From contig CM059447.1 in NCBI GenBank assembly GCA_030390025.1, forward strand, positions 20,088,001-20,152,000: a stretch of 64,000 bases of DNA, given 5' to 3'. Positions 1-13,130 of the stretch are shown one piece after another. The notes beneath the pieces are model-generated. The model made no database searches. It was given only the letters and a program-made list of their open reading frames with translations, and was not told the DNA's origin. The position numbers were made by a program, and so were the translations under genes. The first letter of the stretch is position 1. Every line of letters starts with the position of its first letter. Source of the DNA: Squalus acanthias. Lineage: Eukaryota.

Positions 1-142
1 CATAAAGTTTTTCTTTTGTTTGTCACAAAAAAGGTCTCCCAGCTGGTGAACAAAGATAAGACCTGCTCCAGGCAGCTGCTCTTATTACACATACCCAGTA
101 ACTTTACAGCCACTGGATGGGAAAGATAATTCTGCTGTGCTT

Positions 143-1191
143 AGAATCATAGAAATGTATGACACAGAAGGAGGCCATTCAGCCCACCGTGTCTGTGCCG
201 GCTGAAAAAGAGCTAATCGCACTTTCCAGCTGTTGGTCCGTAGCCCTGTAGGTTACGGCACTTCAAGTGCATATCCAAGTACTTTTGAAATGCAATGAGA
301 GTTTCTGCCTCTACCGCCCTTTCAGGCAGTGCATTCCAGATCCCCACCACCCTCTGGGTGAAAAATGTTCTCCTCAACTCCCCTCTAATCCTTCCACCAA
401 TTACTTTAAATATATGCCCCCTGGTTATTGACCTCTCTGCTGAGGGAAATAGGTCCTTCCTATCCACTCTATCTAGGCCGCTCATAATTCTATACACCTT
501 AATCAAGGCTCCCCTTAACCTCCTCTGTTCCAAAGAAAACAACCTCAGCCTATCCAATCTTTCTTCATAGCTAAAATTCTCCAGTCCTGGCAACATCCTT
601 GTAAATCTCCTCTGTACCCTCTCTAGTGCAATCACATATTTTCTGCAATGTGGTGACTAGTACTCTAGCTGTGGCCTAACTAGTGTTTTATACAGTTCAA
701 GCATAACCTCCCTGCTCTTATATTCTAGGCCTCAGCTAATAAAGAAAAGTATCCGTATGCCTTCTTAACCACCTTATCTACCTGTCCTGCTACCTTCAAG
801 GATCTGTGGACCTGCACTCTAAGGTCCCTCTGTTCCTCTACACTTCTCAGTATCCTACCATTTATTGTGTATTCCCTTGCCTTGTTAGCCCTCCACAAAT
901 GCATTACCTCACACTTCTCCGGGCTGAATTCCATTTGCCACTTTTCTGCCCACCTGACCAGTCCAATGATATCTTCCTGCAGTTTACAGCTTTCTTCCTC
1001 ACTATCAACCACCCGGCCAAATTTTTTATCATCTGCAAACTTCTTTATCATGCCCCCTAGATTGAAATCTAAATCATTGAGGTATACCACAAAAAACAAG
1101 GGACTTAGTACTGAGCCCATCGGAACCCCACTGGAAACAGCCTTCCAGTCACAAAAACACCCGTCGACCATTACCCTTTGCTTTCTGCCAG
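143..1191 (-). mobile_element. 5'-truncated CR1 LINE (RT C-terminal half + 3' UTR), disrupted
   Basis: ORFs 725-1210 (SGVPMGSVLSPLFF..KFADD) and 213-635 (LERVQRRFTRMLPG..FFTQRVVGIWNALP) are CR1 ORF2 motifs; ttctatgattct-type tail on the minus strand near 143-155. Confidence 0.95.
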
Positions 1192-1489
1192 TGAGAATGT
1201 GGCTCTCCACCCCATGTTGTTCAGTCCCACAGCCTTGCCCAACCTAAAGTGCTAGTTTTCTATGACTGTGCTAAATGTGGTGTAAAAGCTCTGCTCTATC
1301 TGCAAGCTTACGTTTGCATTTCTGCCCGGATGCTGTGGGAGGAGCAAGGAGGGAGAATCAGAGTCCAAGTGTTAAATATCTGCAAGATATATGAAAGCTA
1401 ATGTGAACACCACTTCAATAATACGGTGTGGAAAAAAGGAATAAATGATAATGATAGAAAAAGAAAAGCAGAAGGTTGATCAGATGGCC

Positions 1490-1790
1490 CTTGCCCCATC
1501 CCCACTGCTGCTAAAACTCTTATCCACATATTTGTCACCTCCAGATATGGTTACACCAACACTCTCCTTCCTGGCCTCCCAAGTTCCGCCCATCACACAT
1601 TACAAATCATCTGAATCTCTCCTGCCCACCTCCTTTCCCACACTAAGTCCCACTCCCCCAGCACCCTTGTCCTCACCAACCCTCATTGGTTTCCTATCCC
1701 TTAATGCATTGAGTTCAATATTGTTATCCTCAGCTGTGTCCATCCATGGCCTCAGCTCTTCCTACCTCTTCAACCTCCCTCAAGCCCTGT
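1490..1790 (+). mobile_element. old L2 LINE fragment (ORF2 C-terminus)
   Basis: Reads AAKTLIHIFVTSRYGYTNTLLPGLP, like L2 LIHAFVTSRLDY.N.LLAGLP in the younger copy at 31585. Confidence 0.75.
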
Positions 1791-4700
1791 GTTCCTGCCT
1801 GTTGAAATCAAAGGAAATAAAAATTGGGCGGTTTCTATCACAGATGGGCAATTTGCCCCACTAATTTATCGCCCAAACAGTGAAGGTGAAAATTTACGCC
1901 TTATGTCTGGCGTGTATCCGTCACGCTCCAGACGTCACACTTCAAAGCATCACACTTCATTACACTTTATTACAGATACAAGAAAGCCAGTTTATTTCTT
2001 TTGACCCGGAGCCTGAAACTTACAAGCACTTTCCAATCTGCAAAGCTCCGTCATCACAGAACAATTAAACTCGGTCTTTATAAAGCAGAACATCACCCAC
2101 AGTTAAGTTGAGCAATGCCACCAGAGCTCTGCGCATCTCTGGTACATGCAGAGGTGTCATGTGGCGGCCTTCGATATCGAAGTCGCCATTCTACTGCCGA
2201 ATTACTACCACTGGCTGCAATGTTAAACTGAACGACCTCACCATCTGATTTTACTTATTTAATTTCCACACAAAAAAAATCTACAATGATTTTGAGGTTG
2301 TCTCTCTTGGCTGGATGAAATTTGTCTATTCCAAATTCATAAGATGCATGAGAAAGTATTTGTGGAGCTGCAATAGGGCGATACCACCAATTACTTGGCG
2401 CCCCAACGAAAATAGATTACATTACTTCTGTCCTCGCATATCTTCTGTTGTCACCCAAGTTGCCAGATGGCACCATTTTCTGTGGCCCTTTGCAAACTGC
2501 CATTGACATTGGCATTGGGCGTGAAATGCAGTTTTCTGTTGGTGCCGCCAAAAAAGAAATAAAATTGGGGCCACAGAATTGAAATGGTGAGAAACCAAGA
2601 GTGAGACTGAGCATTGAGCTTGTCTCAGCAGTCAGTATGCAAACGCTGTTATTCCTGAATGATTTATCGATAGCTGCTGGAGGATTACAGGGATTTTGCT
2701 GCCTCAACTGCCTCCCTGATGAACAAATCAAAGCGTTTGAGTCCAGTGATGCAGAAAGTAAACAGTAGCCACTTGCTTTTTCTAACCAAATCCCTCAGGC
2801 TGAGACCCTGCAAAGCTGAGTGAATCTTGTCTTCACAGTTAAATACAGAGAGCGAGATTTGAGAGAAGAAAAAAACATGGGCCAGCGAGACCCAGATGAA
2901 AAATCAGTTCTGCAAGCTACGTTGTTCCAGACAAATGCAAAAATCTGACATAAGAATTTATTTATTGCCATTTGACAGCTGAAGGGGTAACAGCACCTTC
3001 AGGCTGTTCAGGTGGCCTCTCATTAAAAGCATGGCAAGACAATAAAGCATTAAGAGATTTGTTCATTGTAAATCACCATATAAATCTGTCAAACCAAGGC
3101 TGCATTTGGATCAGGAAAAAAAATGGAAGTGATGCACACAAAGCAGGACTGATAGCTCCAGATGCATTCCATACCACTGACAACTTCTTTGTCTTTGCCA
3201 TTTTTCTGTGCTGCTGCCGTTCTTGTTGATTTGCAGCCATTTTCCATTGATTGCGGAAGGACTGGTTGAGACGAGCCTTGTTGCAAACTATGTTTGGTTG
3301 TCCGCGGTTTAATGAGGGGATCATTTTCCTTTGCCTTCCTCGCAATTCCCTGTTTTATTCCCAGACCACACACCATCTGCTAACACCGTTTTATCCAACT
3401 GTCAGGAAGTACGCACGGGGGTGGGGAAAGGATTAATGTCTCCTATTTCCCCTATCCACTACGGAGAGGTTCCAGACCCTTGCTGAGTATATGAAAATAG
3501 GAGCAGGCTGAGATTGGAAAATTGGCCACATGGGGGATGAAATCTATGTTTCACCACTGCCATGGAATGAGTGCATGGTGGTGTTAATATATTTAAAATA
3601 CTGTACAGAGCCTTAGAAAACACACCGATAGGTGCCAAGTAATAAACAGTAATGTCAAAGCAGAATGTCTGTTTTCCAATAGGTAATCTACAAGTGCCCA
3701 TGGTTAGCTAATGTTGTACAATGACTGAAAATAAAACCTAGGAATTTGCCGTCAGAGATTGGCACTAAATAGTTGCATTCTAATGCAGCACTGTTGGCGG
3801 CAAAATCATTATTTCAAATGTAATTAAATTTTATATTTACACATTTTTACATATTTGGGGATGGCAATGTCAGCAATGGATACTGCCAAAGTAAAAGGGA
3901 ATTAAAAACACTGGGCTAACAACAAGGTCCCTTCCCACAGGAAAACTTTAAATCACACAAAATAACTGGTGTAATGCTAAGTTTAAAAATAAAACTCCTG
4001 TGTATTATTGGCAGAATCAAAAGAATGGATAACTCCATTGTCCCACCAGTATGTGACCGTATTCTGCTTGCATGGACAATATGGGAAAGTGTTCTCAGAA
4101 GCCAGAAAAACCTACTGCAAAATGCTAAGAACTCTGTGCGAAGAAGATTCTATCTCCTCCTATACATTGGACATATCGTATATATGGTGTAAGCAGGAGT
4201 GCATATTATTTGCATAAACTGAACAACCATGAATTAATCTCAAAACATACACAAGTCATAGAATGTACAATTCCACAAGATGTGCACAGATTGCTCCTTC
4301 CAACCAATGTGCTCTTTAGAATACTTCAATATTAAACATCTAGGTAACCGTTCTTGAAAAACACTGCAGTATTATGAGTTTTACTGGTATTCCCATAAAA
4401 GGAATCAGGTCGACAAAACATTTTTAATGATACAGAATTATGTGCTACTTGTCACATTTAAATTGAATTTGCTTAACATGCATTAAATTTCATGTCAAGA
4501 CTAATATAGGTTGTCTGTCCTTGTAGACCTTCAGAAAAGGACCGTAGCAGTGAATCTATATTCATCCTTACTACTCATAACTAGTCATCAAAAGCTTCAA
4601 ATATCACCCAGTACCTGAACATTGCAGGAACTTGGGAGTATCACAATCACCACTCAAGCACCGTGCTTACTGCCACTGGAACTCAAGAGCATCATCCTGG

Positions 4701-5890
4701 GCCCTGTAGGGAACCACTGACCCTTTATAAAACAAATGTACCACGGAGGGACCTTTATCTGCATGAAATGGAATTACCAAACCTGACACAAGTATCAGCA
4801 GCAGTTCGAGCAACACATTAAAATCTTTACCAGAGTCATCTGAGAGAATAAGAAAGCAAGGGGAGCATGGTTTGGATTTATTCCAATCCGGTTTTAGAAA
4901 TAAGAATATAATTTTTTATAGGTTTGCAGTATGTAGACTCACTTATGTATTGTCTCCCACACATGCTTTGGGAGCTCAGCCCACACCATCTCCTGTAGCA
5001 GTGGCGCTTTTGACTCATGATCAACCATCTTTCCTATAACTTAGATTTGGAGTTTTCTCAAAGGTTTAATTTCAGTTGAATTGGCTTATAGCAGATTTTA
5101 AACTTAGTTATAGGGCATACATTGACGTCCCTTCAACTGGATTAAAGGCACATCCAGTAGAATTTAATTGGGGAGCTGCAGCATATGCTCATGTCTTAGT
5201 TGATTTGGAATATGTGTGTTCCTTTCGTTAATTAAGGACTGTGGGGGGGGTTGATTTTCTCTTCTAGCACAGAGTGGGCGGGTGGTAGGCGGAGCAATCA
5301 CATGGAACTGCGAGAGACCTGATCCATTTTCATGGTTGGGCTTCATTTAAATTTGATTGGCGAGTTGCCAGCGCTCAATGACATGCAGCTCATTGATGGG
5401 GAGCGGGGTGGGGTGGGGTGAGGGGACCGGGGTGGGGTGGGGTGAGGGGGGCGGGGTGGGCATGTGTTGGGAAATCCGGCAGCTCCTCTGCGGAACCAAG
5501 CCAGAAGTAAGTTTTTAAAGGGCAAGGAGGCAATCCTGGAAGCGGGAGTGGGGGTGCACGGAGCGAACAGCAACTCCTCCTGGTCCCACCAAGATCAGGG
5601 CCACACGGTTTTTTTCTGGGCACTTCTGAGCAGATTCTTTACGAACCACTGGATCGGCCAACCATCCAACTCCAGGTGTGCTGACCCTGCCTGCAGTTCC
5701 GGGGTCAGCATCATATGCGTAATGGAGGGGAGTGCTTGGTGTGAAAAAACACTTGTTATTTTGAGGTTGCCCAATGGGCGCATAGGAAATCAGATATGCT
5801 GCTGCAGGATTTGAAAGCCTGCAGCAGCTTAAAAGGAGCTGCGCTCATTTTTTGTGACTTCGAAGGCAGAAATCTTGTTTGTGGTGCACA

Positions 5891-6435
5891 ATGTCTGGAA
5901 CGCCATGGTTTTCAGATATGATGACAGTGGAAGTGCAGCACGGGACGGAGCACTGAAGGTCCCCCAGGCAAGCTGCTCAATAAGAATGACAGGAGGTAAC
6001 AAACCGTGTGAGTGCCATCAGCAACATACTGCCTAACAGGAGGCAATGTCAAAATATGCTCAATGACCTTACCAAGGTAAGAGAACACACTTCTATGCCA
6101 TGAATTAATCTAGAACACTGATAATTACCTCCCTCTCTCACTGTCTTCAGGATGCACTTAACATAATCCTTCCCCTGCAAGTGTTCCTTCACTCAGATCC
6201 TTGTATGCATTCCGGCCAATATTTCCAGCTGTTTGATGCATGTACATGGCACTACACCTACCATTGGCTGCATATTGACACTTAGATATCATTGTATGTC
6301 TCAAAACAATTACAATATCTGACTTGCTTTACTCTGCCCATAACAAGGGAGAAAACACCTACACAGAAGTGGAAACCTCACCTTTGTACACAGACCCCAC
6401 CTGAGGAGGCTGTCCTGCAAATCCTGGGGAGAGAG
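5891..6435 (+). pseudogene. Harbinger Myb/SANT-like DNA-binding protein (NAIF1/MSANTD-like) relic, two exons
   Basis: Manual translation of 5891-6076: MSGTPWFSD...E*QEVTNRVSAISNILPNRRQCQNMLNDLTK then AAG|GTAAG donor (cf. PRFSD..W.EVA..VSA.S...R...QCRK.FNDL); second part about 6336-6435: AHNKGE../KPHLCTQTPPEEAVLQILG (cf. AHN.RE..TGGG.P....LTP.EE.VL.I.G); stops and a frameshift. Confidence 0.8.
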
Positions 6436-6777
6436 GTTAGAGAGAGGGGAATGTAGGAGGACTGGCTCCAGCCAGCTGCCTCACGTACTCCTTCCTGCTC
6501 GAATAGCACCTAGCCAAAGCAACAGATTACATTACCTTCTCAAGGGGAAAGAACATGGAAGGAAAGCCTAGGCATTCGAACATGACACAGTTTGATACTA
6601 AAAATCTGCTTACACTGAAGTTATATGTGCAGAGACTTCAAAAATTTGTGAGCATGTTTTAGGAGGTGGTAGGAATGGGAGATTTATGATTTGCCTGTAC
6701 GATATAAGGTACTGTAGGTGAAAGCATATTTGTGGGAAGATAGGGACAGGACGTTAATCCAGTGGGATATTGTAAAG

Positions 6778-7885
6778 TTAAGAGAAGATCTCCCGTACGA
6801 GAGCTTGGCCAATGGCTCTAGTAGCCGGTGCCAGGTTCTGTTCTGCAATCTCCTCAGGTTGCTCATGGCGATCTCTTTGCTCTGTCGGATGGGACTTTTC
6901 CTCCTTTGGGGCCTCCACGATGATGATGATGCCTGTTGGCAGGGTAAATTTGTACAGCAGACAGGACGCGACTACAATCCTTGCCTCTTAGCCAGGCTGT
7001 ATTGCAGGACTCCCACAGATCTATCCCGACACCTGAAGCACTGTATCACTATACCAATAGTATTCTCAGTGATTACTTGGGTGGACGTAGGTACTTCATT
7101 ATACCTGTAGTCAGCTGGTGTCCTGGATACCAGAGTGATGTCATGAGCCATGGCTTTAGAGGATATCTGTGATTGCCCAAGAGCTACCTCGAGGCTTGTT
7201 TTTGTGGATCAAATAATGATATGATCATGGACTGCCTTAAAATGAATTGCTTCGCAAGAGAGCACCGACTTGCATTATCCAGTGCTGATGGTCTCAAAAG
7301 AGTTGAATATTCAGCAAGTGAATTCCTTTCTGATTCATGTAAACAGCAGTATTGGGCAATGGAGCATGTAAGACCACATTGGTGTAATTTATAATCCACC
7401 TGGACCTTTGGAGATCATGTCAATCTGTAAAATTGTAGTCTTTTCAGGCTGCTGCCAGTTGTCCTTTGGATGGACATGAAGTTGGTTGCTAGAGCAAACA
7501 AGCTATCTATCACCTTTTTAATACATCCATGTAATGCAGATTGACTAATGTGGCTGTATTGCCAGTAGTATCTTGGAATAATCCTGAGACATTGAGATTG
7601 AGGGCCGTCGTGGTCTTCACATCCATTGGCAATGCTGTGCCTGTGACCTAGTTTGGCTGTAGGTCACTTTGCAGCATGTAGCATCATTTGGTTACAGCCC
7701 TTCTTGTGAAACATACCCTGAACCAGCACTGTTTCTCTGACAGAAGTATTGGTGTCTCTCTGTACGTGCAGGTGCAAGAGTACTGGTGGGTGGGTGCAGA
7801 GTACCTCTGGTGCAGTCTGCCCCATCTTGCATTCCTCTGTTGATATGGGGAGATTCAGATGAGGAAATCAATGATGGCACTATTG
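6778..7885 (-). pseudogene. Harbinger DDE transposase (HARBI1-like) relic
   Basis: Manual minus-strand translation gives, in order: LSEKQCWFRVCFTRRAVT..ALPMDVKTTTALNLNVSGLFQ / ISQSALHGCIKKVIDSLF / IINYTNVVLHAP..YMNQKGIHLLNIQLF*DH / *LLGNHRYPLKPWLMT / YNEVPTSTQVITENTIG..FRCRDRSVGVLQY / IVVASCLLYK..ALVREIFS* (stop 6778-6780); collinear with Harbinger motifs IDCTH, NRKG.HS.N.Q, LLGD.GYP...WLMTP, IE.TIG.LK.RFRCL, CC.LHN. Confidence 0.92.
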
Positions 7886-8599
7886 TAGCTGTTGGGGAAA
7901 AGAAAATGGCTGCACCACAACAATGAGACAAAGGCTCGTAGTCACCAAAGTGAAAGCAGCAAAAAAAAACAAGAAAAACAGTTGAGAATTGGACTGAAAA
8001 TTGTGCAAAGATTCTTTTTACGAGCCTCTTCCCATACTATAGAACTCCGAGCATTAGCAAAGAGCGCCTTGAGAATACTCTCTCAAAACCGAGTTAAGGA
8101 TCTCAAGTAAAATCTCTAAATCGGTCGAGATACCAATACTCTGTGGATTGCAGAGTGTGTCAACCGATACTTCTTTTGAAAGTCACCTAATATCAAAGTT
8201 TGTGCCCAACACCTTCCTGTTTGAAATGAAAGTCAGGTTTTTGGCAAAAGGTTTGGAATTTGAGAGAGTGTGGCTCTCGACTCTCCTTCCGCTCATGTTT
8301 CTGTGGTTGGTGCTGTGGAATCTGTGCCAGCGACCACAAAGAAAGACGAGGAAGCCAGTGACAATCTCGGCTGTGAACAAGTTGCAAATGATCCAGCTCT
8401 AATCTCTGTTCACGGGAAGTATTATTACTGAATGACATAATGTTATTTGAATGATATGAAAATAATGATATTTCATATGCAAAACAACAGTGGTCTACAC
8501 TTCAGATCTGTGCACGATCTCTCCTGCTGCACCTTGCATTTAAATCAACCATTTGAGCTCTCAAAATAAACTTGGCTTGGACCTCAAAAATGTCAACAC

Positions 8600-8619
8600 A
8601 GAGAGAGAGAGAGAGAGAG
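8600..8619. repeat. (GA)n microsatellite
   Basis: agagagagagagagagagag run. Confidence 0.9.
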
Positions 8620-11600
8620 CAGTGAAGAGCCTCCATGCAAACACATGCTGTTTCTACTGTAATATTAACCCTCTGAGGGCAGCAATTGAAGCATGACATC
8701 AAATTAACATTTATATCAATGATCTTAAGCACTCTGCATTTTTTTGTTCAATTTGGGTTGAACATTGGGCTGAGATTTAAAGAAAAGCCCTTGGTTGTAG
8801 GTCAAATATTCCTCTCATTCTACTTTATAGTAATCTACATGAGCAATTTACAGGATATCATGTTTGCAAAGATAATGGTAATAGTAAATATGTACAATTC
8901 ACTTCAGCAATAGTGGAATATACCAAATTCTTGGCAAAATTGTTACTAAATGCCAATTTGATTTTGACATCAGTCAGTATTGGTACAGGCAGTGTTGATG
9001 TATGCAGTTCATTCTTTCCCTAACCTATTGTTCCTAACTAGATTCCACTGTACTCTAAATTGGCAAAGGACATTCTATAGTCGACAGAACAAATTACATT
9101 GAAAATTGTTCTCCTCATTTCTATACATAATAGAACTTGCAGACAAAACAAAATATTACAGATAGCAACTGATGATAAGACTTGAACCAAAAAAATAAGG
9201 AACCACATTAGACATTGCACAGGTCAGTGCTGGTCACTTGTATGAATGCTGCCATCCTGTAACTCCCGCATGTGTAGTTGGGTGTGAGTTATGATGATTG
9301 TATGGCCATGACTGGTAATTTCACTGCCCACAGGATCAATATTTCACACATGTGAAAATGAAAATGATAATTCAGACGTGTGAAATAACACAGTCAGCAG
9401 CAATGTTCGGTGTTCCAGGATTCATTTAAAGATACATTTCAGGCTTTGCCAGGGGCAGCACAGCTAGAACAGACATCATTTATTCTGTAGGCACTCTTGG
9501 TATTCTTGCAGTCCCTGAAGGTGGAAATAAATATTATATTACATGCATGAAAATATATAACAGTTCTTTATTCTGGGACCATATTAAAGGGGCAATGTTG
9601 TCTGGTAAAGTGTCTCCGATAACAGCCAGCTAACAGGCGATAAGTGCTGTGATGTGATGAAGGCATTACGTCAGCAAACAGATCTATTAATAAGACTCTC
9701 GCCCTCAATCCCCTTTTTCAACTTCGATTGATCCAGTTCATTTTTAAAGTTATCAATTGGCCGAAAATGATCGACTTTTTCTTCCTAATCTACTTCCCGT
9801 TAAATACATGTGATCCAACGCCAGGCACACGTAGAGTGCAACGCACAGTGCGGCAGCCCATTGCCTTAAATCGCTCAGCCACCAACCAATTGCACCTCAT
9901 ATTATAAACGTTTAAAGTTCCTTTCAAACCTGTAACAAAACACTCTAAAGTTTGCAGTGAACCAAATAAAGTTTCTGCTCCATTAAAAACATTTCCTAGC
10001 ATCGGGGATTTGGAATGACATTTCCTGCCTGTACTGGAAATTTAGCCTGTCTGGAAACTCCACAGAACAATAGCAATGGTTTTCTAATTGTATTTTAACT
10101 TGTGAGCAGGATCTTATCTCACTCATGCTTCAGATCCTTATGAATTATGAGACTATAATATATATTGGCCATAGAATTTCCCAGTAATTAACTGCAAATT
10201 ATTTCTCGATAAAGTTGCAGAAATGCGTCACAATCATTAATCTTTCAGATTAAATATCATCACGCATTAATTACACGCAGTGCACTGATAGCCAGTGTCC
10301 GCAACGACAGCTACTGCAAACACTAAAACAGGCCCAGAACTGAATAAAACGCCCAATAAAATGAACAGTATATATATTATAAAATATAATAGATATCTTG
10401 GAGTGATTTCAAGACAGAAATTAATTGAGGGGTTCAGATGATGTTTATAAACTTCTTGAGCTTTAATCCTGCAGTTTATGATGTCTTCTGAGTTCTTGAA
10501 TTAATTGCTTTTTAACCACTCTGGGATAGTTATTATATCACCTCTGATCTACACTGTGAATGCCTGAATCCTACCTCCCAGCCCATCTAGGAAAACGGAT
10601 GCATACCCACTAATCCACCATGAAAAGAAAGGATAGGAAGGAAGAAATCATGATTTTTTAAAAAGTTTCTCCAACGCACCTCTAATATAACAAAGCTCTA
10701 TTTCCCGCAGATTAGCTGGGCGATAGACAGAATGGTGAGCCCACTGCATCAGTTACTGGCCCACATGCCGTCCACAGAAGGGAGCATACTGGAGATAGGC
10801 AGGAAGGCACAACAGCAGTTAACCTGGCTTCATTACAATGTTGGCCGTGACAAAGTAGCAAGAATCCTACCTTGCACAGCATTACATACACTTAAAAGAA
10901 AAATGAAACATTTTTATTTAGTAGTGTGTTGGTGGTAGAACTGAAGCACTGGCACTTCTGTAGCCAACACCAATTACTTTTGTGCTGCTAAGTCCACATT
11001 TTCAGCCTGTTTTTCTAAAGCCGTGAATTTATTAAAAAAATAAATTCAGTGCTAAAGAGGTGAAATCAGGTTTCTGCACGTGAGAAATCATTAAATCAAG
11101 TTTGCGCCAGTGCAAAAAAAAAATGTAAATCCAAGAGTTTAACTTCAACTGTTCGGGCTCTCATGGGAATAATACTTCTTTAGTAATACTCGCAATTTGT
11201 AAGAGATTCTTTTTGTTCTGATAAATCCATTTCAAAAATGATTAATTTGCAAAACTTTTTAGCTGAATGGGTCTGCAAGGCGTAACTAATTATTCTTCGA
11301 ACAAATGAAAAATGTCAAAATTCGATTTGGTTAAAACATGAAGAGAATGTTTGTCACTAGAGATGCTACAGGATTCTGACCTGAGAAAGCGGGAGAACTG
11401 GATTGTCTGTTATTCTCTTATCACAGTAATTACAAAGCAATAGAATTGTGAAACAGTGACGGCAAAGGGGTTAAAAGAACTTTACAAGATCGGTTCATTT
11501 CAACAAAAGAGGTCATATTTCCAGGGACAATTACATGATTCTTGGTATTCTGCCATATTATGTGACTAAACCTGTATTATGATTGTAATTTATTTTAAAA

Positions 11601-12655
11601 TTATTGTACCATCAAGAAATTGCCAGGCCCTCCTTGACTAAAAATGAATTAATTAATGGACCTTATCTGCATTAGATTTCTTGGTTAATCATGAGTTATA
11701 ACTCAGATTTGCCTGGTGCATGTCAGCCTTGACTCTCAGCTTGGGGTTGGGGGAAACACGGAAACAGATGGTCTGAAATCCACAGAAGTGTAAAATACGC
11801 TGCGACTCTCACCAGGGTCTAACTGGCAGCTGCAGCCAGGCTACCGCTCCATATGCAGACCATCACTGACCATCTGCAAAGGGCGAGTAGGGCAGAATAA
11901 ATACCTGTTTACTTGACACCGCTGACTGCTTCCCACACCAACTAAACCCTGCGCGGAAACCTCTCTTCCTGTGATTCCGCTTTCCAAAAAAAAACATTAG
12001 TAATTAATCCAGGGGAAGCAGTGCAAGGATTTTTACCACCAAAACAAAGTGACATTGAAATTTTGATTTGATTCCAAAAATACTGTCCGTGCAGAAATGA
12101 TTCACTATATTTCTCTGATAATGCAAATGGGCACTTAAATGAAGATAGATTTGAGTTTGCCTGTGTATCACGTGTGCTGCGTCAGGATTGCATGAAAGAA
12201 ACGAACCAATAAAAATTATTTTGATGGTAATTTATACAAGAGGTATATAAAAATTTAATGTCAGCATCAATGCTGTTTTCCTCTAATAACATTCTTTCAC
12301 TCGTAAACTTGGCATACTATAATACTCCATTTTTTGTTTTCATGATTATAACACAAAACTTTAAACATCTTTCACCCATCATTAAAAAACTCAAGGTACA
12401 CAAATAATGCAACTTAACTGGCAGATTCTGTCACTGGTCTTCAGGCAGCTGATGAACCTACATGGTTGGACCTGGCATCTAACCAGATAAGTTGTTCTGC
12501 CCTTGCAGACAAAGGATACATTTTCTCTGGCACTAGACAGTTGAATTTCGTCAGGTTCAAGATATGCCGTCCATATGAGGGTTTCTGTTCTTTCACCTGT
12601 ATTTTCACCATGTGCTGATAATGTCATTGCCTTACTTCAATCCCTGCTATATGTT

Positions 12656-13130
12656 TTTATTTGTTCGTGGGATGTGGGCATCGCTGGCAAGGCCAGCATT
12701 TATTGCCCATCCCTAATTGCCCTTGAGAAAATGGTGGTGAGTCGCCTTCTTGAACTGCTGCTCTCCATGTGGTGAAGGTCTTACTATACTTCTTTGTTGC
12801 GGTTTGGTACCACTGAGTGGCTTGCTAGGCCATTTCAGAGGGCAGTTAAGAGTTAACTGTGCGTGCTGTGGGTTTGGAGTCACAGATACCAGGTAAGACA
12901 GCAGATTTCCTTCCCTAAAGGACATTAGTGAACCAGATGGGTTTTTATGACAATCCAGTAGTTTCATGGTCACCATTACTGATACTAGCTTTTTATTCGA
13001 GATTTATTTAATTAACTGAATTTAAATTCCCCAGCTGCCGTGTTGGGATTTGAACTCATGTCTCCAGATCATTAGTCCAGGCCTCTAGATTACTAGTCCA
13101 GTAACATACCTACTTATGCAACCGTACCCC
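12656..13130 (-). mobile_element. tRNA-derived SINE with CR1-like 3' tail (shark family)
   Basis: Minus-strand tRNA-like head (..GAGTTCAAATCCCA.. B-box near 13045-13060); tail gcaattagggatgggcaataaatgctggcc is typical of chondrichthyan SINE/LINE 3' ends. Confidence 0.75.

Larger units (their letters stand above)
5248..7890. mobile_element. decayed formerly autonomous PIF/Harbinger DNA transposon (convergent Myb/SANT + transposase genes)
   Basis: Left end GGGTTGATTTTC resembles the GGGCTGGATTTT TIRs of MITEs in this window; contains both pseudogenes listed below; right TIR not found. Confidence 0.85.

Noticed and set aside
4015-4188. Exon-like segment bounded by ggcag / gtaagc with open frames (RTLCEE..YLLLY, faintly hAT-like)
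   Set aside because: Weak polypyrimidine tract, no recognisable host protein, motif spacing inconsistent with hAT
6718-7394. Plus-strand ORFs 6718-7110, 6981-7172 and 7173-7394
   Set aside because: Shadow ORFs antisense to the Harbinger transposase relic
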